From IMG/VR virus record IMGVR_UViG_3300029132_000006, positions 1 to 54,653 of that record: a DNA stretch of 54,653 nucleotides. One strand, given 5' to 3'. How positions within the stretch are numbered: position 1 is the first letter of the stretch; the number at the start of each line of letters is the position of its first letter. This document shows, piece after piece, positions 8,808 to 19,400 of this stretch. The notes beneath the pieces were generated by a model that was given only the letters and a program-made list of their open reading frames with translations, had not been told where the DNA came from and ran no database searches. Both the position numbers and the translations under genes were made by a program. The stretch comes from a virus.

Positions 8808-9914
8808 TTATTCGACAACTAACTGGAACTTGTCGATTGCATTACCCATAACGCCTGCATATCCGTCCATTCCGTTGGATGTTTTATCATCTATCTGCTC
8901 TGGGTAGAAGTTGCGGTTGTTGAATACAGATACCATATACTTAGCATACTTCCAAGGCTCACCCTCTGGTGTGTAGTAGATGATTTCTACGGCATCTATC
9001 GGTGTTTTCTGGTCACCCGCAAAGCCGTTGTTGAAATCATTATAATTGAAATCTGTAACATAAGGAAGCCAATCACCATTAAGTGTATGAACTCTGTACT
9101 TAACTGAACCTCTGCTGACCTTAATAATAAGTGCTGTGATAGCTTTATTGTCGCCTGCACCAGCCCAATCTTCTCTGTCCTCTACTTCACCCCACCAACG
9201 GTCTGTATAAGCGGCATATGTAGCATATACGTGTTCATCTGTGCTATCCTCTGTGTTATCTTCTTCGCTGTTATCCTCTGTGTTATCTTCATCATTATGA
9301 AAGCCATAGAATACAGACAAGTCGCAAACTCCGTCTACTCCATCTACAACACCGCTTGATGTATACTGCCAGCCTACAAGGTTTCTAGCAACACTAGGCT
9401 TCTTATCTTCGTTAGGGTCTGTATCAAGTGTCATTTCATCATATCCAAGATAGTACCTTGCTATCCAGTAATCGCAGTTAAGAATTTCTTCGTCTGCATA
9501 TGGGGCAATGTAACTGCCATACCACGCCATACCTGTATAGATACCAAACTCGTAGCCAGCTTCCTCTATTGTGTGCTTGTACGCCTTAATTATGTCGATA
9601 AGGTCTGACCCTAAATTTTGCATACAAGTATCTTCTATATCCATCCACACCTTAACTTTACGTCCGTCAAGCACCTCTAATACCCTTTTAGCCGCCGCAA
9701 TAGCTTCTTCTACTGTTGGTGTGTAAACATAATTGTATACACCGCAGATATGCACACCTGCTAACTGACAGCCTTTCCAGTTGTTGTCAAACTGCTTATC
9801 TGGGTCAAAATCACGTCTGATAACCTTAAGAATAGCGTGAGTAAGTCCTGCCGCCTTAACTCTGTTCCAGTCAACTACACCATTCCACGCTGAAAAATCT
9901 CCACATTTAATCAT
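8808..9914 (-). CDS. Endolysin: GH25 muramidase N-terminal domain, acidic linker, and an unassigned C-terminal binding domain.
   Basis: DFSAWNGVVDWNRVKAAGLTHAILKV...GVYNYVY...DIED...GWQYTS pattern of GH25 lysozymes. Last gene of the late operon. Confidence 0.8.
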   Translation of the reverse strand: MIKCGDFSAWNGVVDWNRVKAAGLTHAILKVIRRDFDPDKQFDNNWKGCQLAGVHICGVYNYVYTPTVEEAIAAAKRVLEVLDGRKVKVWMDIEDTCMQNLGSDLIDIIKAYKHTIEEAGYEFGIYTGMAWYGSYIAPYADEEILNCDYWIARYYLGYDEMTLDTDPNEDKKPSVARNLVGWQYTSSGVVDGVDGVCDLSVFYGFHNDEDNTEDNSEEDNTEDSTDEHVYATYAAYTDRWWGEVEDREDWAGAGDNKAITALIIKVSRGSVKYRVHTLNGDWLPYVTDFNYNDFNNGFAGDQKTPIDAVEIIYYTPEGEPWKYAKYMVSVFNNRNFYPEQIDDKTSNGMDGYAGVMGNAIDKFQLVVE

Positions 9915-9916
9915 AA

Positions 9917-10210
9917 TTAAAATACCTCACTTTCTACTGTTTCTGTTGCATCTGAACTAACTGTGTTATCTTCTGTGCTGTATGTTGCCTTGTAAGTATT
10001 TTTAACGCCATCAAGAAAGCTCTTAAGTTCGCTGTCTAGTGCTATATCATTTGCTAAGTATGCCGCAAAGTCGTTAAAGCTGGCTGACATACTAACTGTG
10101 CCACTTTCGCTGATTGTGGCTGACAGATAAGCCACCTGTTTAAGTGTTCCGTCTGAATTTTGAACAGACAATGTTCCGTTCTTCTGAATTGATGAGTTAA
10201 TGTCTAACAT
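9917..10210 (-). CDS. Hypothetical protein with no TM helix.
   Basis: Track ORF between the tail fiber and the endolysin. Confidence 0.55.
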   Translation of the reverse strand: MLDINSSIQKNGTLSVQNSDGTLKQVAYLSATISESGTVSMSASFNDFAAYLANDIALDSELKSFLDGVKNTYKATYSTEDNTVSSDATETVESEVF

Positions 10211-10234
10211 TGTGTTTTACCTCCTAGTTTGCAT

Positions 10235-10260
10235 TAAAAAGGACACCCGAAGATGTCCTT
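10235..10260 (-). terminator. Rho-independent terminator after the tail fiber gene.
   Basis: AAGGACA/TGTCCTT stem followed by TTTTT on the minus strand. Confidence 0.6.
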
Positions 10261-13200
10261 AATTACTTAGTTGCTTTTCTAATTTTTTAATACGCATATT
10301 CTGCGATTGTACAGTCGCAACTAAATCCGCTATTAATTCATCATAGCGTAATGCGTATCTTGCTGTTAGTTCTTTAGTTGTATTTCCGTTTTCGTCTGAG
10401 ACTTGTGTTTCGTAGTTATCATTATTAATCTTTTTATCGATAAATAATCCCCAGTCATCTTTCATAGTTTCTTTAACCTGCTGTGCAATAAATCCGTGAT
10501 GGTAGCGATTAGAAGTACCGTTAATCATTTTAAATTCGCAAGGTTTTAAATTGTAGATAAATTCAGAAGAGTCTTCTGAATTCAATAAATGAACATCTTT
10601 TTTTACGTTCTCGTCTGAATCAGAAGCGATTGTTCCATAAATTGACCCGAAACATCGCAAATCATATCCTATGTATGTACTTCCATATACTGACAGTTCA
10701 CAGTTCTCGTAGTGTCTGTCCTCTGTATTTGTAATTCTGACATTTTGTGTGTCTTTTCCCGAATTTGGATTATAGCAATATACTGTAAGTGTCGTTGGTT
10801 TTTTAATATTGTCTTGGTAACCGCCATTCATCGAAATATTGGGCGAAAAAAACTCTAATGATTTGTTTAAATCGTCGTTTATTCTTATAATGAATTCGTA
10901 TTCCGTATTTTCTGTTTTATTCTTAGTGCAATTTATTCCGACAACATCTCCATAATCTGCATTGAGCACTAAAGCTCTTCTTACTTCATTATTGCTAGTA
11001 TAGTATCTTGTTGTAGTTATCGAACCTACATAATTTTCGTAATCGTCGACCCAAGAATAGAATTTAATGTAATTTTGGTCTATCGACATTCCTTTAATTC
11101 CATTATTTTGATATGTCGACAATATACCATTATCAATTGAGAAATTGCCAATTTGACCTTTAGAAGCATACATATATCCATCCGCACGAACGTACCAATT
11201 ACCATAATATGCCCCATCTCTTTCTTCTTGGCAAGAGAATGTCCAAGCTTCGGAATTAGCGGGTGCCTGTATATAAGTTCTATATTTGCCGTAATCTTTA
11301 TAGATAGAAGACTTGCTGATGTCCCAGCCTCCAATCGTGCCAGACGAAAAATAGCCGCTTCCTGTAATTTGTGCGTTAGTTGCATATAGTTTACCAGTTT
11401 GACTTATATAAAAATTAGGACTTTTGCTGTATCCCTCATCTTCAGTTCCGTGAAAAACCGAAAAAACATATGGTGTAATATCACCAGGTATTTGTAATGC
11501 AATTCTGAATAAGTCATTATTCTGCTTAAATATTGTACTTATTGAATCTTTAGACACTTTCCAGCCGCCAACGTTTCCGCCGTTGGCAATCAGATTGCTA
11601 CAAGTTATAGTTCCGTCTGCTGTAATGCTGGCGTTCGTGCTGTTTAATGTAAACCTGTTGCCACTTAAATTAAGCCCACCCCTTGCAGTAATATTTATTG
11701 TATCTGCAATAGCTTCGATAGCACTCTTAAGCTCGCCTGTTTTAGGGTCTTTTTTGATATATAAATCAAGGCTTGTTTTAGTTGCATAACTTTCTAAATC
11801 GCTTGACTTAGCGTAAGTTCCACTAAGCGCCAAACTAATACTTGAACCATTATCATTAATTTCCTGCGTAATTTTGTTAATCATAGTAGTTGTTGTACTA
11901 TAATTATCTGTCAGATTTTTCTTTGTCTGTGTTAATTCTGTTGATATGCTATTAAGATTAATCTTAAGACTAGCGTTTTGATTAAGCATATAAGCTAATT
12001 GTGTGTTAGATACCTCTTTCCAACCCCAATTACCTTTATCATCTTTAGCCCAACGCCAAGTTTTTTGAGCTGTTTCGTTGTATGCTATCGCTCCGCGATG
12101 TTTAGCATATTCATCATTGCTGTAAGTCCAAGTAAGATTATCACTTGGAAATAAATCGTCTGACGGATATATGGATATGAACCAGTCAACGGCTGGATAA
12201 TTATCTTTTGTAGGCGTTGCTGTTACTGTATACACCATAAAATTATCGTTCGTTTGTTGGTATAAGTCAGATAATGTTATTTCGTAGCTATCTAGCTTCT
12301 GATTAACAGTAGAAAACTTAGTCTGAATGCTTTCAGTATCAACATTGCTAGTCCACCACAACTTGTTAGTGATAAAATCACTAGCAACTTTCATCATACC
12401 GCCCCATTGAGTATAATCTTTGCCAGCACCACTTGTTATAGCTTGCATAATGACATTAAGTGTCTGTCCCTCGTTGTCCAGATAAATTTTATTGCTCTTA
12501 AGTGTATGGGTGTTATCGTTATTGATAACACTAAATAGTGTTTCAATATCCAGCTTGCTTGCATTGATATTAGCATTATCTTGAACAACATCATCACGAA
12601 CAACTTTCCTCGTAACACCTTTTTCAGTAAGTCCTAAGGCATCAAACATAAGATTGCCAGCTTTATCCCAGACATACATATTGTAGTCCGAATTAGCGTC
12701 TTTACCTATTTGAACTCTTATTCTGTCAGTATCTTTGATGATAATTGTATTGTCTTGCCAATAAGACATTCCATTTTCACTATGAACCTTAAATTTAGTA
12801 GTGTTAAGGTCAAGTGCTGTAATCTTGCTTGCAGCTATGCTGTCAATCATAGCGTCTTTAATCTGTGCATTGCCGATAACACTTACAACTGCATTAGCGA
12901 ATTCTGTTGTTAAACTTTTACCTGTCGCAGAACCAAACATTAAGGTCTTAATGTCTGCTACATCTGCATTTAACACGCCTACCTGTGCATAATCTGCTTG
13001 TAACTTAGCGATATTAGCTTCATTAATTGTAGCTTTACTTGCTGTCAAATTAACAATATCTGCTGTAATAGCTTCAATCTTATTAGCCTTTAATTGGTCG
13101 ATATACGCTTGATGTGCTTTTAAACTCTCAATATTAGCACTAGTTATATCGGCATTTTCGATAACTGCCTTGTTGATTAAGACTAAATCAGCGTAGTATC

Positions 13201-14221
13201 GTTCCATTTGCTTTGTTATCGGACCACTAGCAATATTGCTGTTTTCTGTGTCAGATTGTCCGATAGATGTAACAGTATCCATAAGTCCGCCGTCACATTC
13301 GTGCGTAATCTGCATTATAGGTACTTCGTAATCAATGCCGCCCTTATTAACAGTTATAATGTCGCCTACCTCTAATCGCCAATCACCTAAAAACTTAACT
13401 GTAAGCGGTCTAAACTGAAAGCCGCCTATCTTCTTATAAATCTCATTTAAGTTAGCTTGTGTCATAAATGGATTAGCAAAGCTAAGTCCAGTTGTACCAC
13501 TGCCGCTAGTGATTGTGCTAGTTTCCTTATCACCAGACTTTGTATTGTTACAAGTCAGCTTTCTTATCGTAAAATCTTTGCTAGTGGTAAAAGTAACCCC
13601 TTGCTGATAGTATTGATGTCCGTCAAGCACATAACCGCTATCTTTGTACCACTTTATTTCAAGGTTTCCGTCAGAATTAATAGCCGCATTTCCACCTTGT
13701 AGCATAGCCATATAACCTATCATTTCACGCATTGTATAGCCTTGCGGCTTATCTATGATTGTATGTGTGTTTGTTATGCTAGTTGCTAACTTTATGCCTA
13801 ATTTTATGCAAATCTCCTCTAAAATAGCCTTGTCTGTACTAGGATAAGTTAATTTAGAGAAGTACCCTTTTTCAGCTTTGTACATCTTGTCATAAGCTGT
13901 GTACTTAGTGTATTCGCCGTTACTTTCTTCTTTAGTTACAGTAAATATGCCTGTCTGTACATACTCAATGCCGCTATCGCCCTTAACACCCTCAAAAATG
14001 GTTATATCCTTATTTTCAAGCGTGATTTCTGGATTATAAATAGAAAAGGTAACACTACTACTGCAAGTATTACCTATCGAAATGCTATTGTTCGGATTGA
14101 TTATGTTGCTGTACTTAAACTCATTAAGTGTCTGATTGTATTCTTTTCCGTCAACTAAATATTTGCTGTAATATCTTGCATACAGCAAATTGAAATCCGC
14201 ACCCCAATTAATATTTTTCAT
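10259..14221 (-). CDS. Large tail protein / tail fiber (Tal-like N-terminus) with a C-terminal S74 intramolecular-chaperone auto-processing domain.
   Basis: 1320 aa. The C-terminal segment SDENVKKDV...HHGFIAQQV...YALRYDELIADLVATVQSQN...KLEKQL matches the endosialidase/tail-fiber chaperone (Peptidase_S74) pattern. Confidence 0.75.
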   Translation of the reverse strand: MKNINWGADFNLLYARYYSKYLVDGKEYNQTLNEFKYSNIINPNNSISIGNTCSSSVTFSIYNPEITLENKDITIFEGVKGDSGIEYVQTGIFTVTKEESNGEYTKYTAYDKMYKAEKGYFSKLTYPSTDKAILEEICIKLGIKLATSITNTHTIIDKPQGYTMREMIGYMAMLQGGNAAINSDGNLEIKWYKDSGYVLDGHQYYQQGVTFTTSKDFTIRKLTCNNTKSGDKETSTITSGSGTTGLSFANPFMTQANLNEIYKKIGGFQFRPLTVKFLGDWRLEVGDIITVNKGGIDYEVPIMQITHECDGGLMDTVTSIGQSDTENSNIASGPITKQMERYYADLVLINKAVIENADITSANIESLKAHQAYIDQLKANKIEAITADIVNLTASKATINEANIAKLQADYAQVGVLNADVADIKTLMFGSATGKSLTTEFANAVVSVIGNAQIKDAMIDSIAASKITALDLNTTKFKVHSENGMSYWQDNTIIIKDTDRIRVQIGKDANSDYNMYVWDKAGNLMFDALGLTEKGVTRKVVRDDVVQDNANINASKLDIETLFSVINNDNTHTLKSNKIYLDNEGQTLNVIMQAITSGAGKDYTQWGGMMKVASDFITNKLWWTSNVDTESIQTKFSTVNQKLDSYEITLSDLYQQTNDNFMVYTVTATPTKDNYPAVDWFISIYPSDDLFPSDNLTWTYSNDEYAKHRGAIAYNETAQKTWRWAKDDKGNWGWKEVSNTQLAYMLNQNASLKINLNSISTELTQTKKNLTDNYSTTTTMINKITQEINDNGSSISLALSGTYAKSSDLESYATKTSLDLYIKKDPKTGELKSAIEAIADTINITARGGLNLSGNRFTLNSTNASITADGTITCSNLIANGGNVGGWKVSKDSISTIFKQNNDLFRIALQIPGDITPYVFSVFHGTEDEGYSKSPNFYISQTGKLYATNAQITGSGYFSSGTIGGWDISKSSIYKDYGKYRTYIQAPANSEAWTFSCQEERDGAYYGNWYVRADGYMYASKGQIGNFSIDNGILSTYQNNGIKGMSIDQNYIKFYSWVDDYENYVGSITTTRYYTSNNEVRRALVLNADYGDVVGINCTKNKTENTEYEFIIRINDDLNKSLEFFSPNISMNGGYQDNIKKPTTLTVYCYNPNSGKDTQNVRITNTEDRHYENCELSVYGSTYIGYDLRCFGSIYGTIASDSDENVKKDVHLLNSEDSSEFIYNLKPCEFKMINGTSNRYHHGFIAQQVKETMKDDWGLFIDKKINNDNYETQVSDENGNTTKELTARYALRYDELIADLVATVQSQNMRIKKLEKQLSN

Positions 14222-14246
14222 TTATTGGATTGCTCCTTTCTGCTGA

Positions 14247-14573
14247 TTAATCGTTAATCATAAAGCTAAGTGCGATAATGTTAGCTGGCTCAATAGCTTC
14301 ACAACTATCAAATGCACTTATATCAACTTTCGTGTATTCAGATACTTCTATCTCCTGTTCTCCTAGTTCTTCAAGTTCTGATTTTATCTTATCGTTGTTA
14401 TCTTTATTTTCCTCGCGTATCTTTTCTATCGTTTCTATGACTGCCTTAAAGTGTGGCTCTAACATCTTAATGTTAGACATAATGGCAACTGCTAATCTGC
14501 CACCCATTTTAAGCTGTGCTACACTTGCAAGTGCTTCATAATGTGCTAAAACTTCATTTCCTGTTATTTTCAT
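14247..14573 (-). CDS. Hypothetical tail-module protein.
   Basis: Track ORF; assignment by position only. Confidence 0.5.
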   Translation of the reverse strand: MKITGNEVLAHYEALASVAQLKMGGRLAVAIMSNIKMLEPHFKAVIETIEKIREENKDNNDKIKSELEELGEQEIEVSEYTKVDISAFDSCEAIEPANIIALSFMIND

Positions 14574-14584
14574 AGTTAATCTCC

Positions 14585-14956
14585 TTATTTCTGAATTAAA
14601 CTTAATTTCGCTCCGACTATTAATCCATCCTCATTCTTTGCTCTTGTGAGATACGGATATGTCACATCTCCTGTGTATATTGTCATTTCCTTTTGTTGAC
14701 CGCCTAAGAACAGGACTTGTGCTGTTGGGAATGGGTTATCTATGTCGCTAATCACATTATCAAGCAATAATGCCTGTTCTCCTGTTAATGGCGGTAATTG
14801 AAGCTCTACTTTGTCTTTGATAGCTACGATTGTGCCTACCATTTCGCCATAGTCGTTCCTGCCTGTGTTTTTAGACCATATCTTATTTCTACTGTATGTG
14901 TAGCCGTTATATGCTACTGGGAATGTCACTCCCTCGATAATTACAGCACTTATCAT
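14585..14956 (-). CDS. Hypothetical tail-module protein (small distal-tail-like).
   Basis: Track ORF; assignment by position only. Confidence 0.5.
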   Translation of the reverse strand: MISAVIIEGVTFPVAYNGYTYSRNKIWSKNTGRNDYGEMVGTIVAIKDKVELQLPPLTGEQALLLDNVISDIDNPFPTAQVLFLGGQQKEMTIYTGDVTYPYLTRAKNEDGLIVGAKLSLIQK

Positions 14957-15141
14957 TCAATCGCCCCTTTCTGCCTAAAAATTGGTAACAAAAAAGAACA
15001 TATCATCTCTGATACGTTCCCTTAGTTTTATATATTTATATTTTCAAGTTGTCCCTACCACTAACATTTTATTTCAATACCCATTTTGATTTTTTATTTA
15101 TTAAGTTAATTAAACAGCAATATCTTCAATAAACATATTGC

Positions 15142-15576
15142 TTAAATAAAATAAGTGAAATTGTAATATGTTTGTCCTTGATTTGCCTCAATTTCGGTAT
15201 CACTATAAATTTGTAATGCACCATTAGGTGTCAATTGTCCATATGCCACAAACCCCGCCGGATTATATACTGTGACCGGAAATTTTATAGTTTTACTCGG
15301 TCTATATTCCTTAGGCAGAGTTGCGACTGTTGTCCAGCTCCTAATTGCTACAGTATTGGTTAGTTTAGCCGGCATTATATTTACCAGTGCCAAAGCAGGT
15401 GCGTATGTTATGATAGCATTTTCGTACGTTGTTGTTGTATTGTTGTTCAGCTCGCTTATCATATCGTTATTATTCTTAATCCCATCTTCCATATGATTAA
15501 GTCTGTCTGGGCTTATTGGAGTACCGCCACTAGTGCCAGCTTTCCACGCTTGCTTTATGTATTGTATAAAATTCAT
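15142..15576 (-). CDS. Putative small fiber / receptor-binding-like protein.
   Basis: The N-terminal motif WKAGTSGGTPISPDRLNHMEDGI resembles the conserved N-terminus of many Firmicutes phage fiber proteins. This is recalled from memory, not searched. Confidence 0.4.
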   Translation of the reverse strand: MNFIQYIKQAWKAGTSGGTPISPDRLNHMEDGIKNNNDMISELNNNTTTTYENAIITYAPALALVNIMPAKLTNTVAIRSWTTVATLPKEYRPSKTIKFPVTVYNPAGFVAYGQLTPNGALQIYSDTEIEANQGQTYYNFTYFI

Positions 15577-15592
15577 AGTAAAACCTCACTTT

Positions 15593-15627
15593 CTAAGCAC
15601 ACAAAAAGGACACCTCACGATTAAGTG
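15593..15627 (-). terminator. Rho-independent terminator after the 226-aa membrane-protein gene.
   Basis: AAGGACA...TGTCCTT stem followed by TTTTTG on the minus strand. The stem sequence is nearly the same as in the 10235 terminator. Confidence 0.6.
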
Positions 15628-15733
15628 AAATGTCCTTGTCATTTTGCTATTTATTTGTTATTATTGGTATGAGTTAATTTGCATTCACTCATACGTGCTA
15701 ATCAGAACAGGTCTACCCAACTTGTTCTGTTTT

Positions 15734-16414
15734 TTATTTATCTATTTTGCAATTATTAAGTATTAAAAACTGTCCTTTTTGAACTGTGCAATACGTCTGA
15801 TTGTCAAAGTTATCATTGCTTACAATGTGACTTTGCCTTAAATCATCATAGATACAATAATACCCTCTTGATGATGTAGCTATTAGTTTGTATTCTCCTG
15901 GTTCTATGTCAATTCCAACCTCTAACATACAATTATCAAGAGTAGTTTTGGTTGTGTAATACTGTCTGAATTCTAAAAGAGGTATCGCATTGCACTTGTT
16001 TAGTTCAAGATATTCTCCATCTTCTACACTTATCAACATATTGCCTTTGAAATTTTCATTAAACTTTATTTTGGTTTTATTGCTGTCTGCATATACGCCA
16101 AAATAAGCTGAACCTTTGCTTGTTAATGACTGCAAATAGTAATCGCCGTTTGGAATATCTTTACCCACTTTGTAAGTGCCTGCCTTATATTTTGTCAGTT
16201 TATCATATGTATCTTGTGTTGCCTTTCGTATTGTAGCCGCCGTGGTTTTTTCAGTAGCTTTTTGTGTTGTAGTTGCAGGCTGTGTATTTGCTATTGTTTT
16301 ATTATCGCTTTCAGTTATATTATTAATAATAAATAACGCTGTAACAAATACTATTCCTGCCAATACTGCAACCACTATCTCCTGTGGCTTCTTTTTGTTA
16401 TCTTTTTTATCCAT
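15734..16414 (-). CDS. N-terminally membrane-anchored protein with two similar beta-rich repeats. It behaves as a moron inside the tail module.
   Basis: TM helix IVVAVLAGIVFVTALFII, a T-rich linker, and repeated G.Y.VG.DI..G.Y motifs (GTYKVGKDIPNGDYYL and GIDIEPGEYKL). It has its own promoter and terminator. Confidence 0.6.
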   Translation of the reverse strand: MDKKDNKKKPQEIVVAVLAGIVFVTALFIINNITESDNKTIANTQPATTTQKATEKTTAATIRKATQDTYDKLTKYKAGTYKVGKDIPNGDYYLQSLTSKGSAYFGVYADSNKTKIKFNENFKGNMLISVEDGEYLELNKCNAIPLLEFRQYYTTKTTLDNCMLEVGIDIEPGEYKLIATSSRGYYCIYDDLRQSHIVSNDNFDNQTYCTVQKGQFLILNNCKIDK

Positions 16415-16447
16415 TGTAATACACCCCTGTGCTTTTATAGTGCTTAA

Positions 16448-16476
16448 AGTATATCACAATGGATTGAATTATTCAA
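16448..16476 (-). promoter_or_regulatory. Promoter TTGAAT-17-TATACT carrying a TTGTGATATACT motif, for the 15734..16414 moron.
   Basis: Read on the minus strand immediately after the tape-measure stop. Confidence 0.5.
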
Positions 16477-19400
16477 TTAAATGTTAAACGCCGGCTGTCC
16501 TGTCATAGCTGTATACTGATTGGCATATCTCTGTGTTGTTCTGAACACTTCCTGCCCGTCAATCTGTACAACAATGCTTCCGTTTTGTTGTCCTACATTT
16601 GCATTAGCAAATACCTCTGACATACCCTCAATAACAGCTTGCTTAATGCCTTGTGTTATCTGGTCGTTGTTTGCAACTGCTGTCTTACCATTGCTGAATT
16701 TGCCAATCATTTCATTATGGTTAGCAAAGAAAAGTCCGTCCTCTGGAAAACCGCCTGTTGCGTATGCTCTAGGTATTCTTATCTGAAATGCACTTCTTGA
16801 TACATTTCCCTCACTATCAAGTATTTCACCGCTAAAATTGCTTTCAAATGAGTTACTTAAAGCTCTGCGAATTCGCCAAGAATTATTATCAATGGTATCT
16901 GCCAATGAATCCATAAGTTCTGTACCAGTATCATAACCTATATCACCTGCATTAACTCTGCTGATAATTTCATTAAAGGCATCTCTAGCTCTATATGGTA
17001 TATCGTTAATATTATTGGCAAAATTGCTTGTTAATGATGAACCTGCATTAGCACCAACGCTTCCCATACGTGAGAATATATTTTCTGTGTTCGTACCTAT
17101 CGCATTTATCTTGCTGTTAATCTCGTTTTTAGCTGTTTCAAATTCTGACTTAGCCGTGTTAGCTGTGTTGCTAACTTCTTGCCGCGTCTTTTCCGCAACT
17201 TCTTGTGCAGTATTTCCCAATGCTTCATAGCAATAACGCATATCATTTGTTGCTCTATCTGCTACACCTCTTGCGTTATCAACTTCTGTCTGATTCTTTT
17301 TTACTTCGCCATTAAGTTGCCTTATTTCTACTTGCAGTCCTGCAACCGCATCTGCCTCTTGTGGTGTCATTTCTAACACAGATAATGCACCATTGTGAGT
17401 GAGTTCGTTATATTCTTGTTGCTTTTCGTTAAGTCTATCTTTGCTGTCCGCAAGTACATCTTCCATTTCTCTTAAGTTTTTCTTAGCTTTGTATTCCTCT
17501 TTTGCTAATTCAATGTATTCTTCTCTTAAAGCTTCTAATTTGTATTCTTTTTCTTTATCTTCTATAAGCTTTTCTATTTCTTGTCTATTTCCAGAATAAT
17601 ATCCTGTGTTAGTATCTATAGCTTTCGATAATTCTGGTACTTTATCAACAAGTTTACCTGCTATATCCTTAAGTAATTCTTGCTGTTCCGTTGTTAGGTT
17701 AGTTTGGTCTGCTAATTCAAAATATTTTGTCTTTAATGCTTCTATTTCATCAACAGAGGAATTATTTTTCCACGTTTCCTCTATTGAAGCTACAGACTTT
17801 TCTATTTCGCTTGTAGTCTTGCTAACTTCTTTTCTTACGCTCTCATATCCAGACAAGTAATCTGGTATTTCTTCTTGGACTTTAATAAAGCCTTTGATTG
17901 CACCTGTAATTCCCACAACTGCCGCCATAGCCAATCCTGCCGGTCCGAAAGCTGTGTATAATCCTGCCGCACCGATAGCCGCACCACCCGCTATCTTAGC
18001 TATTGAAGCTACAAGGTTGTCACTTCCTCTAACTATATCAGTAAAACCGCTCTCGATAAGTTTAAATTCTCCAAAAGCTGATACTCCGCCAAGTAATGCT
18101 TTTTGGAATAGTGTCATATTATCTCTGACAGCAGTTATTCCGCCGTTTAAAGCTGTGAATAATCCTTTATCCTTAACTACGCTTCCAAAGTCCTTAAAGC
18201 TTGTTGTGACCTTTGCAAGTTTAGGGTGAAAAGAAAGAAGTGTAGCTGCTGTTTCATCATATCCCATTTTAGATAGTTTTGTCGCTAACACTACGTCTTC
18301 TGTTGCTTTACTTAAGGAGTTGAGCTTGTTGTACGTTTTAGTTATGCTTGCTACTACACTCGAACCACCTATTGCCTTAAGTACTTTAGGAACTGCCACA
18401 AGCGATATGAGAAGTGTTTCTATAGGCGCTTTAGATAGCATACCTAAGTATAATTCAATAGCTGCCTTTAAGCCTTGCACAAGCACTTTAGCCGCCGATT
18501 TAAACACCTTAGTCCAATTAATACCTGCAAGGAAATCGCCCATTTTCTGACCGATTTTAAACCACGGAACATCATCTATAGCTTTTGCAAACCAATCAAA
18601 AATTCCTGCCACTAGGTTAGATGTATCTTGCCCCGCCTTAAAGAAATCACCAACTGCAAAATCTTTAAAAATCTGTTTAACAGGCTCGAGTGCTTTCTCT
18701 ATTCTGTCTGCCCAAGCAACTGCCGAATTTTCCATATTGGCAAACGCCTTATTCCACGCCGCTTCATATTCTGCCGCCGCCTTAGCAATATCGTCTGTCA
18801 AATCAATAGTGCTACCACCGCCACCACCACTTGAACCCTTGCTTGAGCTTGTATCGTCCTGCAATTTATTAATTTCATCAAATCCCATAAGAGATAATGT
18901 AGCTTTCTTAGCTGAATCAGCTACATCTTTGTAGCCGTCTGAAATATCTTCTAAGCCGTCTGATGTGTCTTTATAGCCGCTTTGTCCGAAGCTCTCAAAG
19001 TCAATCTTAACGCCCATTAAAGAAGCAAGGCTGACTAATAATCTTTTGATTGCAATAGCTACTCCGTTTACTATTGGCATAACCTTTGAAAGAATTGGGA
19101 TAAATAGCTGTCCTGCTACCATTCCTACCTCTTTCATATTGTTGCTGAACTGGCGTAACATATTTGATGGGCTATTAATCGTATTAGCTAAATCGCCCCA
19201 AGATACTTTACTTTGGTCTAATATTGCTAACACTCTTAATTGTTGTTTTTCCATCTGTGTCATTTCAGACACCGACTTAGAAATGCCTAAGTTGTAAGCA
19301 TACGTCGCTAATGTAGCATTGGTAATATCAATACCATATTTGTACAATGCCCTTGATTGCCCGATTAAACCGCTTTGTAAGTTCTGTGCTACTGTTGAAT

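Noticed and set aside
11080-11385. Same-strand nested ORFs (11080..11385, 12436..12618, 23154..23381, 36477..36671, 40746..40964, 46072..46485, 50625..51256).
   Set aside because: They are alternative frames inside well-supported genes, with no independent signals.
16520-19297. Many plus-strand 60-110-aa ORFs inside the tape measure gene. Similar ones lie inside the ATPase, RecT, tail fiber, portal, capsid, scaffold and terL genes.
   Set aside because: These are shadow ORFs typical of AT-rich, stop-poor antisense frames of long genes. They have no start signals and low-complexity S/L/I/F-rich products.
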